Source of the DNA: Lingula anatina
Lineage: Eukaryota > Animalia > Brachiopoda
Length of the DNA stretch: 64,000 nucleotides
Assembly (NCBI GenBank): GCA_051362555.1
Contig: CM120640.1
Span: 38,790,788-38,854,787, forward strand
Direction of reading: 5' to 3'
Below are positions 51,001 through 64,000 of the stretch, one piece after another. A program made the position numbers and the translations under genes. The notes beneath the pieces were generated by a model. That model ran no database searches and was not told the origin of the DNA. It saw only the letters and a program-made list of their open reading frames with translations. Numbering within the stretch: position 1 is the stretch's first letter; each line of letters starts with the position of its first letter.

Positions 51001-54000
51001 AAGGTCACAGTAAATTGCCAGTATATGACTTCATATTCAAGTTCAAGAATAACTATGAACCTATCTCTGTCAAGTTTGAAGTTAAAAGAGAAAAAAGTTC
51101 AGTTCATGATAAAAAGTAGGTCAAAGGTCAATTTCAAGGTCACACTTATATTGCCAGTATAGGACTTCCTATTCAAGTTTAATAATAACTATGGACCTAT
51201 CTCTGTCAGTTTTGGAGATAAAACGGAAGCAAAATTTGCAAAATTCAGTTCATGGTGAAAAGTAGGTCAAAGGTCAATTTCAAGGTCACATTTAGATTGC
51301 CAGTATATGACTTTCTATTCAAGTTCAATAGTAACGATGGACCTATCTCTGCCAGTTTTGGAGATAAAAGGAAAGCAAAATTTGCAAAGTTCAGTTCATG
51401 GTGAAAAGTAGGTCAAAGGTCAATATTAAGGTCACATTTATATTGCCAGTATATGACTTCCTATTCAAGTTCAATAGTAACTATGGACCTATCTCTGCTA
51501 TTTTGGAGATATAAGGGACTAAATGTTATTATTTTGGAGTTACCATAATGTGCCTTAAATTTCGTACAGAAAAAATTAATTAAACAAAGAAAATGTCATT
51601 TTGGTCAAAATTCTTGAAATAGGAGGTGCTCTGAAGTTTCAGAAGTTCAAGTTTGATGAAATAATGTCATTTTTGAACACAAGTTGTCTGCTTTGCCAAG
51701 CCTTATGTTTTATTTTTCCAGAGTTCAAAATTTATTATCCATTACCGTACTGCACATTTTGCTTTTACCACCAATATGTACTTTTTGATACAGCGTAACT
51801 CGAAAACCGTATGGAATACAAAAAAACCGAGACCACCTCCAGTATTGGGCTTTACATGCAAAGTTCAGTTCATGGTGAAAAGTAGGTCAAAGGTCAATTT
51901 TAAGGTCACATTTATATTGCCAGTATATGACTTCCTATTCAAGTTCAATAGTAACTATGGACCTATCTCTGCCAGTTTTGGAGATAAAAGGGAAGCAAAA
52001 TTTGCAAAGTTAAGTTCATGGTGAAAAGTAGGTCAAAGGTCAATTTTAAGGTCACATTTAGATTGCCAGTATATGACTTCCTATTCAAGTTCAATAGTAA
52101 CTATGGACCTATCTCTGCCAGTTTTGGAGATAAAAGGGAAGCAAAATTTGCAAAGTTCAGTTCATGGTGAAAAGTAGGTCAAAGGTCAATTTTAAGGTCA
52201 CATTTAGATTGCCAGTATATGACTTCCTATTCAATTTCAATAGTAACTATGGACCTATCTCTGCCAGTTTTGGAGATAAAAGGGAAGCAAAATTTGCAAA
52301 GTTCAGTTCATGGTGAAAAGTAGGTCAAAGGTCAATTTTAAGGTCACATTTAGATTGCCAGTATATGACTTCCTATTCAAGTTCAATAGTAACTATGAAC
52401 CTATCTCTGCCAGTTTTGGAGATATAAGGGACTAAATGTTATAATTTTGGAGTTACCATAATGTGCCTTAAATTTCGTACAGAAAAAATTAATTAAAATA
52501 AAGAAAATGTCATTTTGGTCAAAATTCTTGAAATAGGAGGTGCTCTGAAGTTTCAGAAGTTCAAGTTTGATGAAATAATGTCATTTTTGAACACAAGTTG
52601 TCTGCTTTGCCAAGCCTTATGTTTTATTTTTCCAGAGTTCAAAATTTATTATCCATTACCGTACTGCACATTTTGCTTTTACCACCAATATGTACTTTTT
52701 GATACAGCGTAACTCGAAAACCGTATGGAATACAAAAAAACCCGAGACCACCTCCAGTATTGGGCTTTACATGCAAAGTTCAGTTCATGGTGAAAAGTAG
52801 GTCAAAGGTCAATTTTAAGGTCACATTTAATTGCCAGTATATGACTTCCTATTCAAGTTCAGTAGTAACTATGGACCTATCTCTGCCAGTTTTGGAGATA
52901 AAAGGGAAGCAAAATTTGCAAAGTTCAGTTCATGGTGAAAAGTAGGTCAAAGGTCAATTTTAAGGTCACATTTAGATTGCCAGTATATGACTTCCTATTC
53001 AAGTTCAATAGTAACTATGGACCTATCTCTGCCAGTTTTGGAGATATAAGGGACTAAATGTTATAATTTTGGAGTTACCATAATGTGCCTTAAATTTCGT
53101 ACAGAAAAAATTAATTAAAATAAAGAAAATGTCATTTTGGTCAAAATTCTTGAAATAGGAGGTGCTCTGAAGTTTCAGAAGTTCAAGTTTGATGAAATAA
53201 TGTCATTTTTGAACACAAGTTGTCTGCTTTGCCAAGCCTTATGTTTTATTTTTCCAGAGTTCAAAATTTATTATCCATTACCGTACTGCACATTTTGCTT
53301 TTACCACCAATATGTACTTTTTGATACAGCGTAACTCGAAAACCGTATGGAATACAAAAAAACCCGAGACCACCTCCAGTATTGGGCTTTACATGCAAAG
53401 TTCAGTTCATGGTGAAAAGTAGGTCAAAGGTCAATTTTAAGGTCACATTTAATTGCCAGTATATGACTTCCTATTCAAGTTCAGTAGTAACTATGGACCT
53501 ATCTCTGCCAGTTTTGGAGATAAAAGGGAAGCAAAATTTGCAAAGTTCAGTTCATGGTGAAAAGTAGGTCAAAGGTCAATTTTAAGGTCACATTTAGATT
53601 GCCAGTATATGACTTCCTATTCAAGTTCAATAGTAACTATGAACCTATCTCTGCCAGTTTTGGAGATAAAACGGAAGCAAATTTTGCAAAGTTCAGTTTA
53701 TGGTGAAAAGTAGGTCAAAGGTCAATTTTAAGGTCACATTTAGATTGCCAGTATATGACTTCCTATTCAAGTTCAATAGTAACTACAGACCTATCTCAGC
53801 CAGTTTTGGAGATAAAAGGAAAGCAAAATTTGCAAAGTTCAGTTCATGGTGAAAAGTAGGTCAAAGGTCAATTTTAAGGTCACATTTAGATTGCCAGTAT
53901 ATGACTTCCTATTCAAGTTCAATAGTAACTATGGACCTATCAGTTCATGGTGAAAAGTAGGTCAAAGGTCAATTTTAAGGTCACATTTATATTGCCAGTA

Positions 54001-56874
54001 TATGACTTCCTATTCAAGTTCAATAGTAACTATGGACCTATCTCTGCCAGTTTTGGAGATAAAAGGGAAGCAAAATTTGCAAAGTTCAGTTCATGGTGAA
54101 AAGTAAGTCAAAGGTCAATTTTAAGGTCACATTTAGATTGCCAGTATATGACTTCCTATTCAAGTTCAATAGTAACTATGGACCTATCTCTGCCAGTTTT
54201 GGAGATAAAAGGGAAGCAAAATTTGCAAAGTTCAGTTTATGGTGAAAAGTAGGTCAAAGGTCAATTTTAAGGTCACATTTATATTGCCAGTATATGACTT
54301 CCTATTCAAGTTCAATAGTAACTATGGACCTATCTCTGCCAGTTTTGGAGATAAAAGGGAAGCAAAATTTGCAAAGTTCAGTTCATGGTGAAAAGTAGGT
54401 CAAAGGTCAATTTTAAGGTCACATTTAGATTGCCAGTATATGACTTCCTATTCAATTTCAATAGTAACTATAGACCTATCTCTGCCAGTTTTGGAGATAA
54501 AAGGGAAGCAAAATTTGCAAAGTTCAGTTCATGGTGAAAAGTAGGTCAAAGGTCAATTTTAAGGTCACATTTATATTGCCAGTATATGACTTCCTATTCA
54601 AGTTCAATAGTAACTATGGACCTATCTCTGCCAGTTTTGGAGATATAAGGGACTAAATGTTATAATTTTGGAGTTACCATAATGTGCCTTAAATTTCGTA
54701 CAGAAAAAATTAATTAAAATAAAGAAAATGTCATTTTGGTCAAAATTCTTGAAATAGGAGGTGCTCTGAAGTTTCAGAAGTTCAAGTTTGATGAAATAAT
54801 GTCATTTTTGAACACATTGTCTGCTTTGCCAAGCCTTATGTTTTATTTTTCCAGAGTTCAAAATTTATTATCCATTACCGTACTGCACATTTTGCTTTTA
54901 CCACCAATATGTACTTTTTGATACAGCGTAACTCGAAAACCGTATGGAATACAAAAAAACCCGAGACCACCTCCAGTATTGGGCTTTACATGCAAAGTTC
55001 AGTTCATGGTGAAAAGTAGGTCAAAGGTCAATTTTAAGGTCACATTTAATTGCCAGTATATGACTTCCTATTCAAGTTCAGTAGTAACTATGGACCTATC
55101 TCTGCCAGTTTTGGAGATAAAAGGGAAGAAAAATTTGCAAAGTTCAGTTCATGGTGAAAAGTAGGTCAAAGGTCAATTTTAAGGTCACATATAGATTGCC
55201 AGTATATGACTTCCTATCCAACTTCAATAGTAACTATAGACCTATCTCTGCCAGTTTTGGAGATATAAGGGACTAAATGCTATAATTTTGGAGTTACCAT
55301 AATGTGCCTTAAATTTCGTACAGAAAAAATTAATTAAAATAAAGAAAATGTCATTTTGGTCAAAATTCTTGAAATAGGAGGTGCTCTGAAGTTTCAGAAG
55401 TTCAAATTTGATGAAATTATGTCATTTTTGAACACAAGTTGTCTGCTTTGCCAAGCCTAATGTTTTATTTTTCCAGAGTTCAAAATTTATTATCCATTAC
55501 CGTACTGCACATTTTGCTTTTACCACCAATATGTACTTTTTGATACAGTGTAACTCGAAAACCGTATGGAATACAAAAAAACCGAGACCACCTCCAGTGT
55601 TGGGCTTTACATGCTCTACAAAATGCAAAAAAGAATGGGTCTCTAGCATTAACGGTTCCCGAATTAGAGACAGTTTTCAGTTTCGGTATCTTATGGCCGC
55701 TACTCCCGTGAAAATGCACCGATTGACCCTAAATTCATGGAGATGAAAGATGACCTGAAGGGTAACACTTTCCAATAATATTATTGGTTAAGTCTGTGTG
55801 GTGTCTGAATAACAGGGCAAAAAATTTTTTTTTCGTAAAAAATTTCATTTTTTTGAAAATTTTGGCCCATTTGACCTTGAAGTAAAGGTCAAAGGTCAAA
55901 TCCAAGGGTATATTTGAAATCTACACATATGACTTTTGGAAAGCCGTCTATAGAAATTTTTCCCATAACTCCTTCCGTAGGGTAGATAATTAGCATTTAA
56001 TTTTGCCATTTTTAGACAAGGGTGCATTGCAATGAGTGCCACACCCAGACCCCAATACCGACAAAGCCCAAATTTTACGTGGAACGAGTTGAGATTATAG
56101 GTGACCTAAATCCATGAGATGGGTATGGGGGGCCTTACCGTCTAGGAGGAGAAGCGGTAACGGTAGCCGTCCGGCGGAGCCGGCGGAGCCGGCGGAGCCG
56201 GCGGAACGATCCGGACGAGACCGAAACCATGTGTACCGCCAGCGCTAACGCTGGTGGTACAATTACAAATGAACCAAAAACTCACCAGCTGCAAACGAAA
56301 CCCATTTCCCAAATCTACTTGCACCAGACTTGACCTTTGCTTTCTTTTCAAGTTCAAGTATCTCCTCTCTAAGATGGTCAAGATCCCATTGACAATTCTT
56401 AAGTGAAGCATCTAGTTGAATAGTCAAGGCGGTGAAGCTTCTCTTTTCTTGGTTATTCAGGGGTCTGCATTCACTGGTGGGCTTATGCAGTATCTCATCC
56501 AAGGTGTTCATTCGGTTCTCGATAACTTGAATTTTTCCTTCAGCTTTTCTGAGATCTGTGGAGATCGCTTGCAACACATCTTCATCAGCAAAAAGGTCCT
56601 GCAAAAACGCATTTGCATTCTGCAAAAGTTCCAATTGTCGAATGTATTTATCAACGTAACAAACTGCTCTCACTATGTAGGGCAACAATTCCTTCGTCGC
56701 TAATTTTCCAGCATCGGTATTCAAAAATTCAATTATTTTACGGAGCATCTTTGCTGGTGGAGGCGCACTGTCCGGCATCAACTGTAATAATTTGTTGGCA
56801 ATTTCTAGTATTTCTTCAATTTGAGCCAAAAGTTTTTCCACGTCCTCATCATCTAGAGGTCGGAATTCCGCCAT
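47858..56874 (-). CDS. Uncharacterised 293-aa coiled-coil protein with a Gly-rich hydrophobic hairpin, 3 exons
   Basis: Exons 56874-56286, 49937-49813, 48025-47858 join in frame with GT-AG sites. Helical N-region, then FGKWVSFAAGVLAVVGLW-loop-IGLGATAAGCVGLGLGMHVVG, then a coiled-coil tail. Confidence 0.82.
49040..49504. mobile_element. MITE with ~50-bp GC-rich inverted repeats
   Basis: CCCGCACACGGTGAGCAATTGGCGCGCGCCACTTGCGCTGCGCC ... GGCGCAGCGCAAGTGGCGCGCGCCAAATGCTCACCTTGTGCGGG, ending in TTAA. Confidence 0.75.
50187..50417. mobile_element. Fold-back MITE, same family as the element in the 1416-bp units
   Basis: Reverse-complement match to ~10163-10352; ends CCCATTCCCATAGATTTTAGAT ... ATCTAAATCTTTGGGAATGCACCC. 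Confidence 0.8.
50775..56263 (-). mobile_element. Non-autonomous Helentron (HINE), family A copy 2, with expanded satellite
   Basis: Same termini as 18669-20918: AACTAGAGGATCAGAGAGGCGATACCGCCTCC at 50775, hairpin TGTACCGCCAGCG..CGCTGGTGGTACA at 56232-56261, (GGAGCCGGC)n. Confidence 0.92.
50975..55615. repeat. 146-bp satellite interspersed with five copies of a ~0.35-kb spacer
   Basis: GAAAAGTAGGTCAAAGGTC at 52023, 52169, 52315; spacer copies marked by the ORFs at 51601, 52515, 53137, 54736 and a fifth copy near 55356. Confidence 0.95.
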
Positions 56875-57088
56875 GTCAGTTTCGGTAGGTAGAAACAAGG
56901 AGAGAACTCCTTGGCAGAAATAAACGGCAGTGAACGCACAACTACATGTATTGGTCCTACGATCCAGTTACCCTCGTTGAAGGACTAACATTAAGTTTTA
57001 GTTCTATTTATAGTTCAGACAATTTTTCTTTCGGATATTTCTAAGCACTGCACTGACAGTTTAAATCTTTCGTGGAAAAAACGTCATT

Positions 57089-57244
57089 GGAAATTCCCGA
57101 TCACGTGGTTGTTCTATTTTTGGGTTGAGCTCGTAACAATAAAGTACGGACCCAAAGGGTTTGGCATACCAAAAGTAAACCCACTATCAAGGCCGCGAAG
57201 AGATATACAAGCCTTATTTTGCACAGAATTAATAAATGACGTCA
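57089..57244. promoter_or_regulatory. NF-kB site, E-box and CRE upstream of the 293-aa gene
   Basis: GGAAATTCCC 57089-98; CACGTG 57102-07; TGACGTCA 57237-44; 215-370 bp upstream of ATG 56874. Confidence 0.55.
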
Positions 57245-57724
57245 TCACTCAGCTGCCCTTTGGGTAGAGTAGCACACGTATCTTAGAGCACCTGGGGGGG
57301 GGGGGGGGGGGGGGGGGGGGCGTCTCGATAGTTTGAAGGTTCATTGGTCCGTAAAATCATAGCATTTTCATCAGTTTTTTAATCAAGGGTTCGTTGGTCT
57401 GAAGGTTCTATAGTGAACATGCGGACCAATAAACCTTTGGGCTATTGCTATGGCCCCATTTTTTTCAATGCAATGTAATTTAAGATTTATATATATAATA
57501 ATTTTTTTTGTATCTCGATCTTCACTGATTGCACAATTTATAAAGTATAAGCATATTTATTATCTTGCGAGACAAAAATGATATGCAAACGAGTGACATC
57601 ACTTTTTCAAACTGAACTTTTTGCCATTTTTATTTCTCATAATCTCTAATACGAAAATGTGACAGAAGTAATGTGATCTTATATTCACTTCTGGGTGTAA
57701 AATAAGTCATAGTCTTCCTGATCA

Positions 57725-57876
57725 CAGTGGCATATTTAGGGGGGTGTCAAAGGGGTCCTGACCCCCAACTTAGATTTCTGAAAAAAAAAAAAAAATACAC
57801 AAATGGTCCCCTCTTGAAATTAGAATTTTGACTATCTGAATCATAGTTCTAAACCATACCAAATGGCACTGTTCGC
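57725..57876. mobile_element. Truncated copy of the 34155-34426 MITE family
   Basis: Shares GGGGTCCTGACCCCC..GATTTCTGAAAAAA..CTCTTGAAATTAGAATTTTGACTA..CCAAATGGCAC with 34155-34290. Confidence 0.75.
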
Positions 57877-59309
57877 AGGGTCACATCTAAGAGAAAAGGG
57901 GAAATAAACTTATTCTGTGCATGAAGGCATTAATTTCAAAAGAAGGGACTTGTTCTTTTCCTGGAAAAGTTGGCTCTCTTGCCCTGAAACTTATGGTACT
58001 TTTGTTAATAGAGTCAAGACTTATGTAACTTATAATGGGAGCTTGCAAAAGATAAATCCCAATATTATGCTGGTTAAAAATTCAACTAAAATGAAAGTCC
58101 GGATATCATGTATCGGATATCCCTACATGAGCATTGTAAACTCCAAAACTGCCATTCAGATGTTCTAACCATTCAAAAGTTATTTTTCTCAAAAAATGAG
58201 TGAATGATGCAACTTTTTGCAGGTCAAATTATTTCTTTGCTACTTCCAGCCTTCCTAGTTGGAAAAATAATCATAATTTCATAAATATACTTGAATTTTA
58301 TCATTTGGTGCTTTTATCATATAATGTTTAACAGCATAAGTGTGCATTTTTAAAATCCTTACTTGGTATTTTTTTTAATGTGGCTAAGCTTAAGCAGGGG
58401 AATTTTCAATGTTAAATTTGAATTGTGAGTGACATTTTTTGTAACATATCTTCCCCTTCGTTATAGTGACATCCTTGTTAATGTTGTTCATTTTCTTGGA
58501 AATAATAAAAATATGAAGTCAAATATAACCAGTTTTTATATTGGATGCCCCTCAACATACTGTTTTATTTTATAAACGAAAAAAATGTTTTATAACAAAA
58601 TTGACTACAATTCACTTATCAGACCTTGAAATGAATTTTTATCCTGATTAAGGTCTTAAGATCAAAATTATTGACCAGTCACTATAAACAGTCCAACACT
58701 TACTGGAGTCCTTATCTTTGAGTGTATTCAGAAGAGCAGTCTAACAGATCCGCAGATCAAACATGGCGACATACTAAAAAGCTTGCAGCTAATAATTCCC
58801 GATTAGACACTGATTAGATTTCCTGCAGGGATTATGCAGAAAGCATTCATGTGGGTTGGCCACCCTATGTTCACCCTATATTCAAATTAAATTAAATAGG
58901 TTCCAATTTACAGGTCACTTCCTGAATAATGCAGCAATCCTGTTTTTATTTACAGTACGAAAATACAGATTGATCTACCCGGTAAACACAAATTGACAAA
59001 ATTCAAAAAGTGAATCTGATGTCAAGACTACATGGTCACCAAATACATGGGAGTGAGCCAACAGAGTAGAAGTGATTTATGGCAATAGTATATAGTTCGC
59101 AGAGTTCAGCACATATCTGTTTTGTTCAGTAATCCATTTTGCCTCACACATGGCTTCAGACCAAGAAAGGACGTAAATGATAAATCCTATTCTACTCCTG
59201 TGAACTAAATCAAACATGAAATGAAATCACTGATGATCATATTACATTAATTTTTCTTAATGAGTTTTCTGTCTGAAAAATAAGCCGATTGCTCGTCTTT
59301 TTTTCCAGT

Positions 59310-62300
59310 TTATTCCATAACTGCCATGTCTTGCAATTTCTTTTTCTTAACTTGCTTTGAAGGCCGAAACTCCTGGATTTTTCTCTTTTTAGCTTCCTTT
59401 TTGGCAACATGTTTCTTGATTTTCCTTTTAGCTGCAACTTCAGGATTCGAAACTGCCTAAAATTTAAATTTAATAGAACACATTAAATGTCACCTTATTT
59501 TTCAAATGGCAGCTAGCTTAAACATACAGAATGAACATGTATAGCAACCATATGCAATTCAGTCACTTAAAAATAGAAAATGGAATCTCTTAACAAAATA
59601 AACAGTCTTTGTAAACATGCTGAAAACTTTTGCAAGAATTCCAAACGGTATGCATTATTAAACAGTCTTACACAATTTGTGAAGCATTACCTCTTGGGCT
59701 TTCTGACGTTTTCTGGCCTCCTTTCTTTCAGATGTAGTTTTGTGCAGTGTGCTGTAAGCTCTGGTGAACACATCGACACCCACTGTGTTCTTCATTAATT
59801 CTAAGATCTCTAGTGCAAGACTTTTTAAAGCAGGATCTAAAACACAATAATAATAATGATAATATCAAATGAATCAAGTTTATTCAATTATTGTATGTAT
59901 GTATGTATGTAAAATGGAAATTGTTTTACTATTTTAGGTTAAAAAAAGATGAAATAGAATTAAATTAGAGAGTCAGGATAATGCTTCATGAACACTAAAT
60001 AATAGATATAGATAATAGGGGCTTTTAAGGATGCATGTCAAGCTGAATGGAACCAATCAAGTGAGACTCATGCAAGCCAGACCATAACTGGACAACACAC
60101 GCATACTGAGGAAAGCAAAAAGATTACCTTTGCTGCCTATAGTGAGATAACTTAATCATACTACTTGCAGAATTGCAGACTGAGAAGGGTTGGGATATCT
60201 TAAATGTAAATGCACCCAAATGAGGTGAGCGGCCTTGCAGATTCTTTGTACAACACAATTTAGTAAGTCAGCTTAAGTTTCAAGACCACTTCCACAAAAA
60301 AGACTATACATGTCTTAAGTTTTTGTAAGAACGGCTCTGAAAATAAGGGTGTACTAGATAAAGACCATGTAAACTTTCACCAAAAAGCATAATGATTGTA
60401 CCTACCTGCTTGCAAACTAGAGTCAACTGAGGCAGCATATATAGGAGGCAGCATCTGTTCAATATAGTCGGGTAAATCAGACCGTCCAAGGTTCACAGCT
60501 ACAGCTGCTAACCATCTTAAAACGCTAGACCTCTATAAAAACAAAGCAATTATGTTATGCACATAATGCACAAAAAGCAAATCTGAAGTTAGCAACTGCA
60601 AACAAAATGAAGCAAAAACTAAAAAAAGGTATTTCATTCATGTAAATATTAAAAGCTCTGTACTGAGTATCTTCTATAGGTATTATAGCCTTACTTTACA
60701 GCAACTTACAAACTAGCAACTTAAAAGACAAAGGACTATGTTGTAATACTTTCAAGAAAATCACAACTTACATAGCTGACTACACAGCACTGCTTGAAAA
60801 TATACAGACACTTATAACAGAGGAGGCCTCCTCATTGATCCATTTAAACTTAAACAGACATATTCAGAATACTTGGCTAAGATGCTCTTTTCCTGATCCT
60901 TTAACACCCCCACCCCCAGCACACATACACCCCTCCCCACCACCACCACCACCACATCATCATTCTGAAAGAAAATCAATTGCTGCCATTTATCATAACA
61001 AACCTTGAGAGAACTTTTTTGGTTTTGGGCAGCTTCAAATTTGGCTTCCCTGCACATTTTTCGTATCAGCCACTTCAAATCTGTTGGCTTTTCATCAGAA
61101 TTATCAACAACAGTCTGATGTTTTTCCTTCAGAGGGGGATTAAGAAGCTTAATGACTTGAGCTAAAAATACCAGATTCTTCACAACCTGAAATTTGATGC
61201 TATTAGATGTAACCTCAAAAGTTAGCATGAATTGTGGACATATTTTGGGATATCACTGGCTAAATATTAAAAAAAAATGCCTTTGTCATGAAATATGGCA
61301 GTTGCAACTTCAAACAATGGGCATAATAATCATTTAAAACCAATATTTGTTCAAACAAAAGAAATAAGTGTTATAATGTATTTAAAGGAAAATGACTATG
61401 ACACATTCATAATATATTGATCCAGTAACTTGTTAATTTTTCTCTCACCTAACTTGTTAATTTTTCTCTCACCTGGTCTGCCAATTCTTGATCCACATAA
61501 GAAGATTGTAATTGAGTGCAGAATGCTATAGAAAGCTCTCTTAACTGAAAAATGCAGCATGGAAATTGAAGAAATTTGAATGTACACATTTAAATGTACA
61601 CATCTGGCCACTCTTCTTCTCACCATAAATATGAAATCTAAAACATTATTATGATACCTCTTCAAAGCACTGTAACATATTAGAGAAGACCACCATAAGG
61701 GCTGCATTGTAGTCCATGTTTTATAATTAACAAGATCTGGATCACTATGTGATCACTATAATTTTCCTCTTTTTCTAACTTTTAAGAAGATTACGTTTTA
61801 CTGTGTAATTTTAGGAACAAGATAAGACTATCCATATGCAAAGTTCAAGTACAATGCATTTGCACACAAGTCTAATAGGATGAATTTAAAAAGTTGATTA
61901 CTGATTTGCAAATGCATTATTACCTTCTGTCTTGTATCTTGCTGCACATATTCCTCTACCTTCCCAGGTTTAGCTTTGGGTTTCCTAACACCCTCAGACT
62001 GCGCAATTTCTTCTGGTGTCCAGGCAGCAAAAAGAAGCCCAAAGAGTCTTGCTGTAGCCAGTCGCACCCAGGTATGGGGGTGGAGGAGGTGACTTTGTAT
62101 GCTCACTGAAAAGAAAGAAAAGGTGTACACAAACTATAATTTTTACTCTCAGTATCTAATAATTAAATAAATAAACATGGGTCTATATCCATAACCTTAT
62201 ATTCATCATCTTAAAAATCTTTATCACACACACACACACACACCTCAACCTCTACCAATAAAATCCAATAACTGCATCATCAACCTCAATAAAAAAATTG

Positions 62301-63062
62301 AAATTGAATAAAAATGCATGAATATACTTACAGCCTTAAAATGACAAAGTGAGCAACTGATGCAGATTATCTTTTTTTTTTGTCTCAACACATTGAGGAT
62401 TTATCATTTCTATGGATGCAAATGGTATAAATAGTTAATAACAATATTTATACAATAACAATGTGAATGACAATGATAGAATGACATAAAGCAGTTCATG
62501 AAAAAAGGCACTTTACCCCACATTGCATTCATGTCCTCTGTCCATCTAGGATTCCTAATAATATTTATCTCTTTGAGAAGCTTGCCCAATGCAGTCAGAC
62601 TGTTAAATAAAAGGTGGTCCAATTCCTTCAAACTCTGAGGCTCGTTCTAGAATGGCAATTTATTATTCTAATTCAGTAAATTGGTAAATTTTTTCACAGC
62701 ATATTAATATAACAATCAAATTAATTTGAAGCAATTGTTGGCATTATTCCAATGTAAATCACATACGTTGGTTTTTAAAAAAGCTCTCTTTTCCATTAAC
62801 ATTTATAAAATTAAGAACAAGGCATTTTTAGCTTTTTAAAATGCTTATTTCTAAAGTGTACTTGTCATGGTACTTAGAATTAACATTTTGGAAAAACCAA
62901 ACAGAAAGAACACATATAAAGCAGACCAACCCCCTGATATCTGCCAGGTTCTATTTGCTGAAGAATCAAGGGGAGCACCGTGGGCATGTGACGCTCAAAT
63001 TTGGCAGATTCCACCTCAGTAAACAATCCACAAAGTTGTGCTGCCAGTCGCCTGTGGGACAC
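59310..63062 (-). CDS. UTP20: Small subunit processome component 20 homolog, last 8 exons
   Basis: Exons approx. 63062-62932, 62647-62517, 62106-61924, 61544-61473, 61186-61004, 60532-60406, 59837-59691, 59456-59310. HRRLAAQLCGLFTEVE, HLLHPHTWVRLATARLFG, QVVKNLVF and AVSNPEVAAKRKIKKH match the UTP20 C-terminus. Confidence 0.9.
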
Positions 63063-64000
63063 CTGGTGAGTAAATTGAAATTATCTTTGAAACTTTCAAG
63101 CAGTGGAGCTCTGTGTCAGAGGAGACATAAGTTGACAGTTGGTCTTAAATTCCATACTGAATGCAAGTCCAGTCTAATCCAGGACAAATCTACAGAAATC
63201 ATTTAAATATAGCATCTGTCTGTTAAAAAATAGTCATTTTTCACTTCCTGTAAAATAAGCCCAATATTCTCATATAGGTGGGTCTAGAATCCATTTTGGT
63301 TCAAAGAAGATGAAAAAGGGTTTCAGCAACATACTCTTATTATATTTTCCATAGCCATTAAAATCAAATCCCTATAAAGAAGTCAGTTGAAAGTTATAAT
63401 GTGCTCAAGTAAGACATTTGAACAGGAAAAAAACTGAGAATGACATCACTTTTCTCATTATCACAAAGATATATCCTATCCATAGGTTGATATTTGATCA
63501 TCTATCAACATAAACCACTTGCCGTCAACTCGTTGGAGTTTTAAATTTTCACAGTTACTTGCAAATTTCCTGAGTCCCTATCCTTATGATGAGGAAATAA
63601 AAATATATAACTCATCACGATGTTAAAAGTGGTCAAATTTAATCTGGTCCTCTAAACTGTGATTAAACTCAATCATCTTCAGAAATACTCAAAAACATTT
63701 TTCTCAATCTTACTACTTACTGCGTAATAACAATAACATAAATCTTATATGACTAATTCACTAATTCCAGGAAGAGTAATTAATTCTGATAAGCTTTGGC
63801 TGTTGTTCTTGTGTTTACATACATACATTTTTGGAGTGTCGGCTCAAATAATCACCTAAATAGACACTATGAAATGGCCACAGATTAATGCAGTACATGG
63901 GCACTGAATACCATGAAAAACTTGAAAATTTAGTCACTTAAATATAAATTAATATTTAAATATTAAAAATATAAAAATTATGTTTTTATGCATAATTAGG

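Noticed and set aside
50975-55615. CRISPR-like repeat/spacer pattern and repeated 61-65 aa ORFs
   Set aside because: Eukaryotic context, 146-bp repeats, identical rather than unique spacers, no cas genes; it is satellite DNA.
57294-57320. Poly-G tracts (also ~33975-33998) as G-quadruplex regulators
   Set aside because: Homopolymers next to repeat remnants; no evidence of function and length is unreliable.

Overview
AT-rich, intron-containing animal genomic DNA, probably a lophotrochozoan-type invertebrate (inferred from the repeat families; the species cannot be read from the sequence). Positions 1-17.9 kb are an apparently intact autonomous Helentron (Helitron2). Its >2170-codon minus-strand RepHel ORF (DUF6570-like, OTU protease, HUH Rep, PIF1 helicase) is absent from the ORF track because it runs off the window. 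The element sits in sense orientation in intron 9 of a catalytically competent ALDH16 gene, which is head-to-head with PIH1D1, as in human. Next come XBP1 (20-nt IRE1 intron, both overlapping frames, arrest peptide, ERSE-like promoter), a prostanoid-type GPCR, an unassigned coiled-coil/hydrophobic-hairpin gene with an NF-kB site, and the 3' end of UTP20. Most novel candidate: a 3-exon, 97-aa microprotein gene invisible to the ORF track (38755-36773, minus), with a Cys5 string, a PxIxI calcineurin-type motif, PKA-type sites and an acidic tract. It lies head-to-head with the GPCR across a CRE-containing spacer. Two HINE-type non-autonomous Helentrons, satellites and several MITEs fill the introns. 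All gene models were built by eye from splice consensus and phase; no searches were run.
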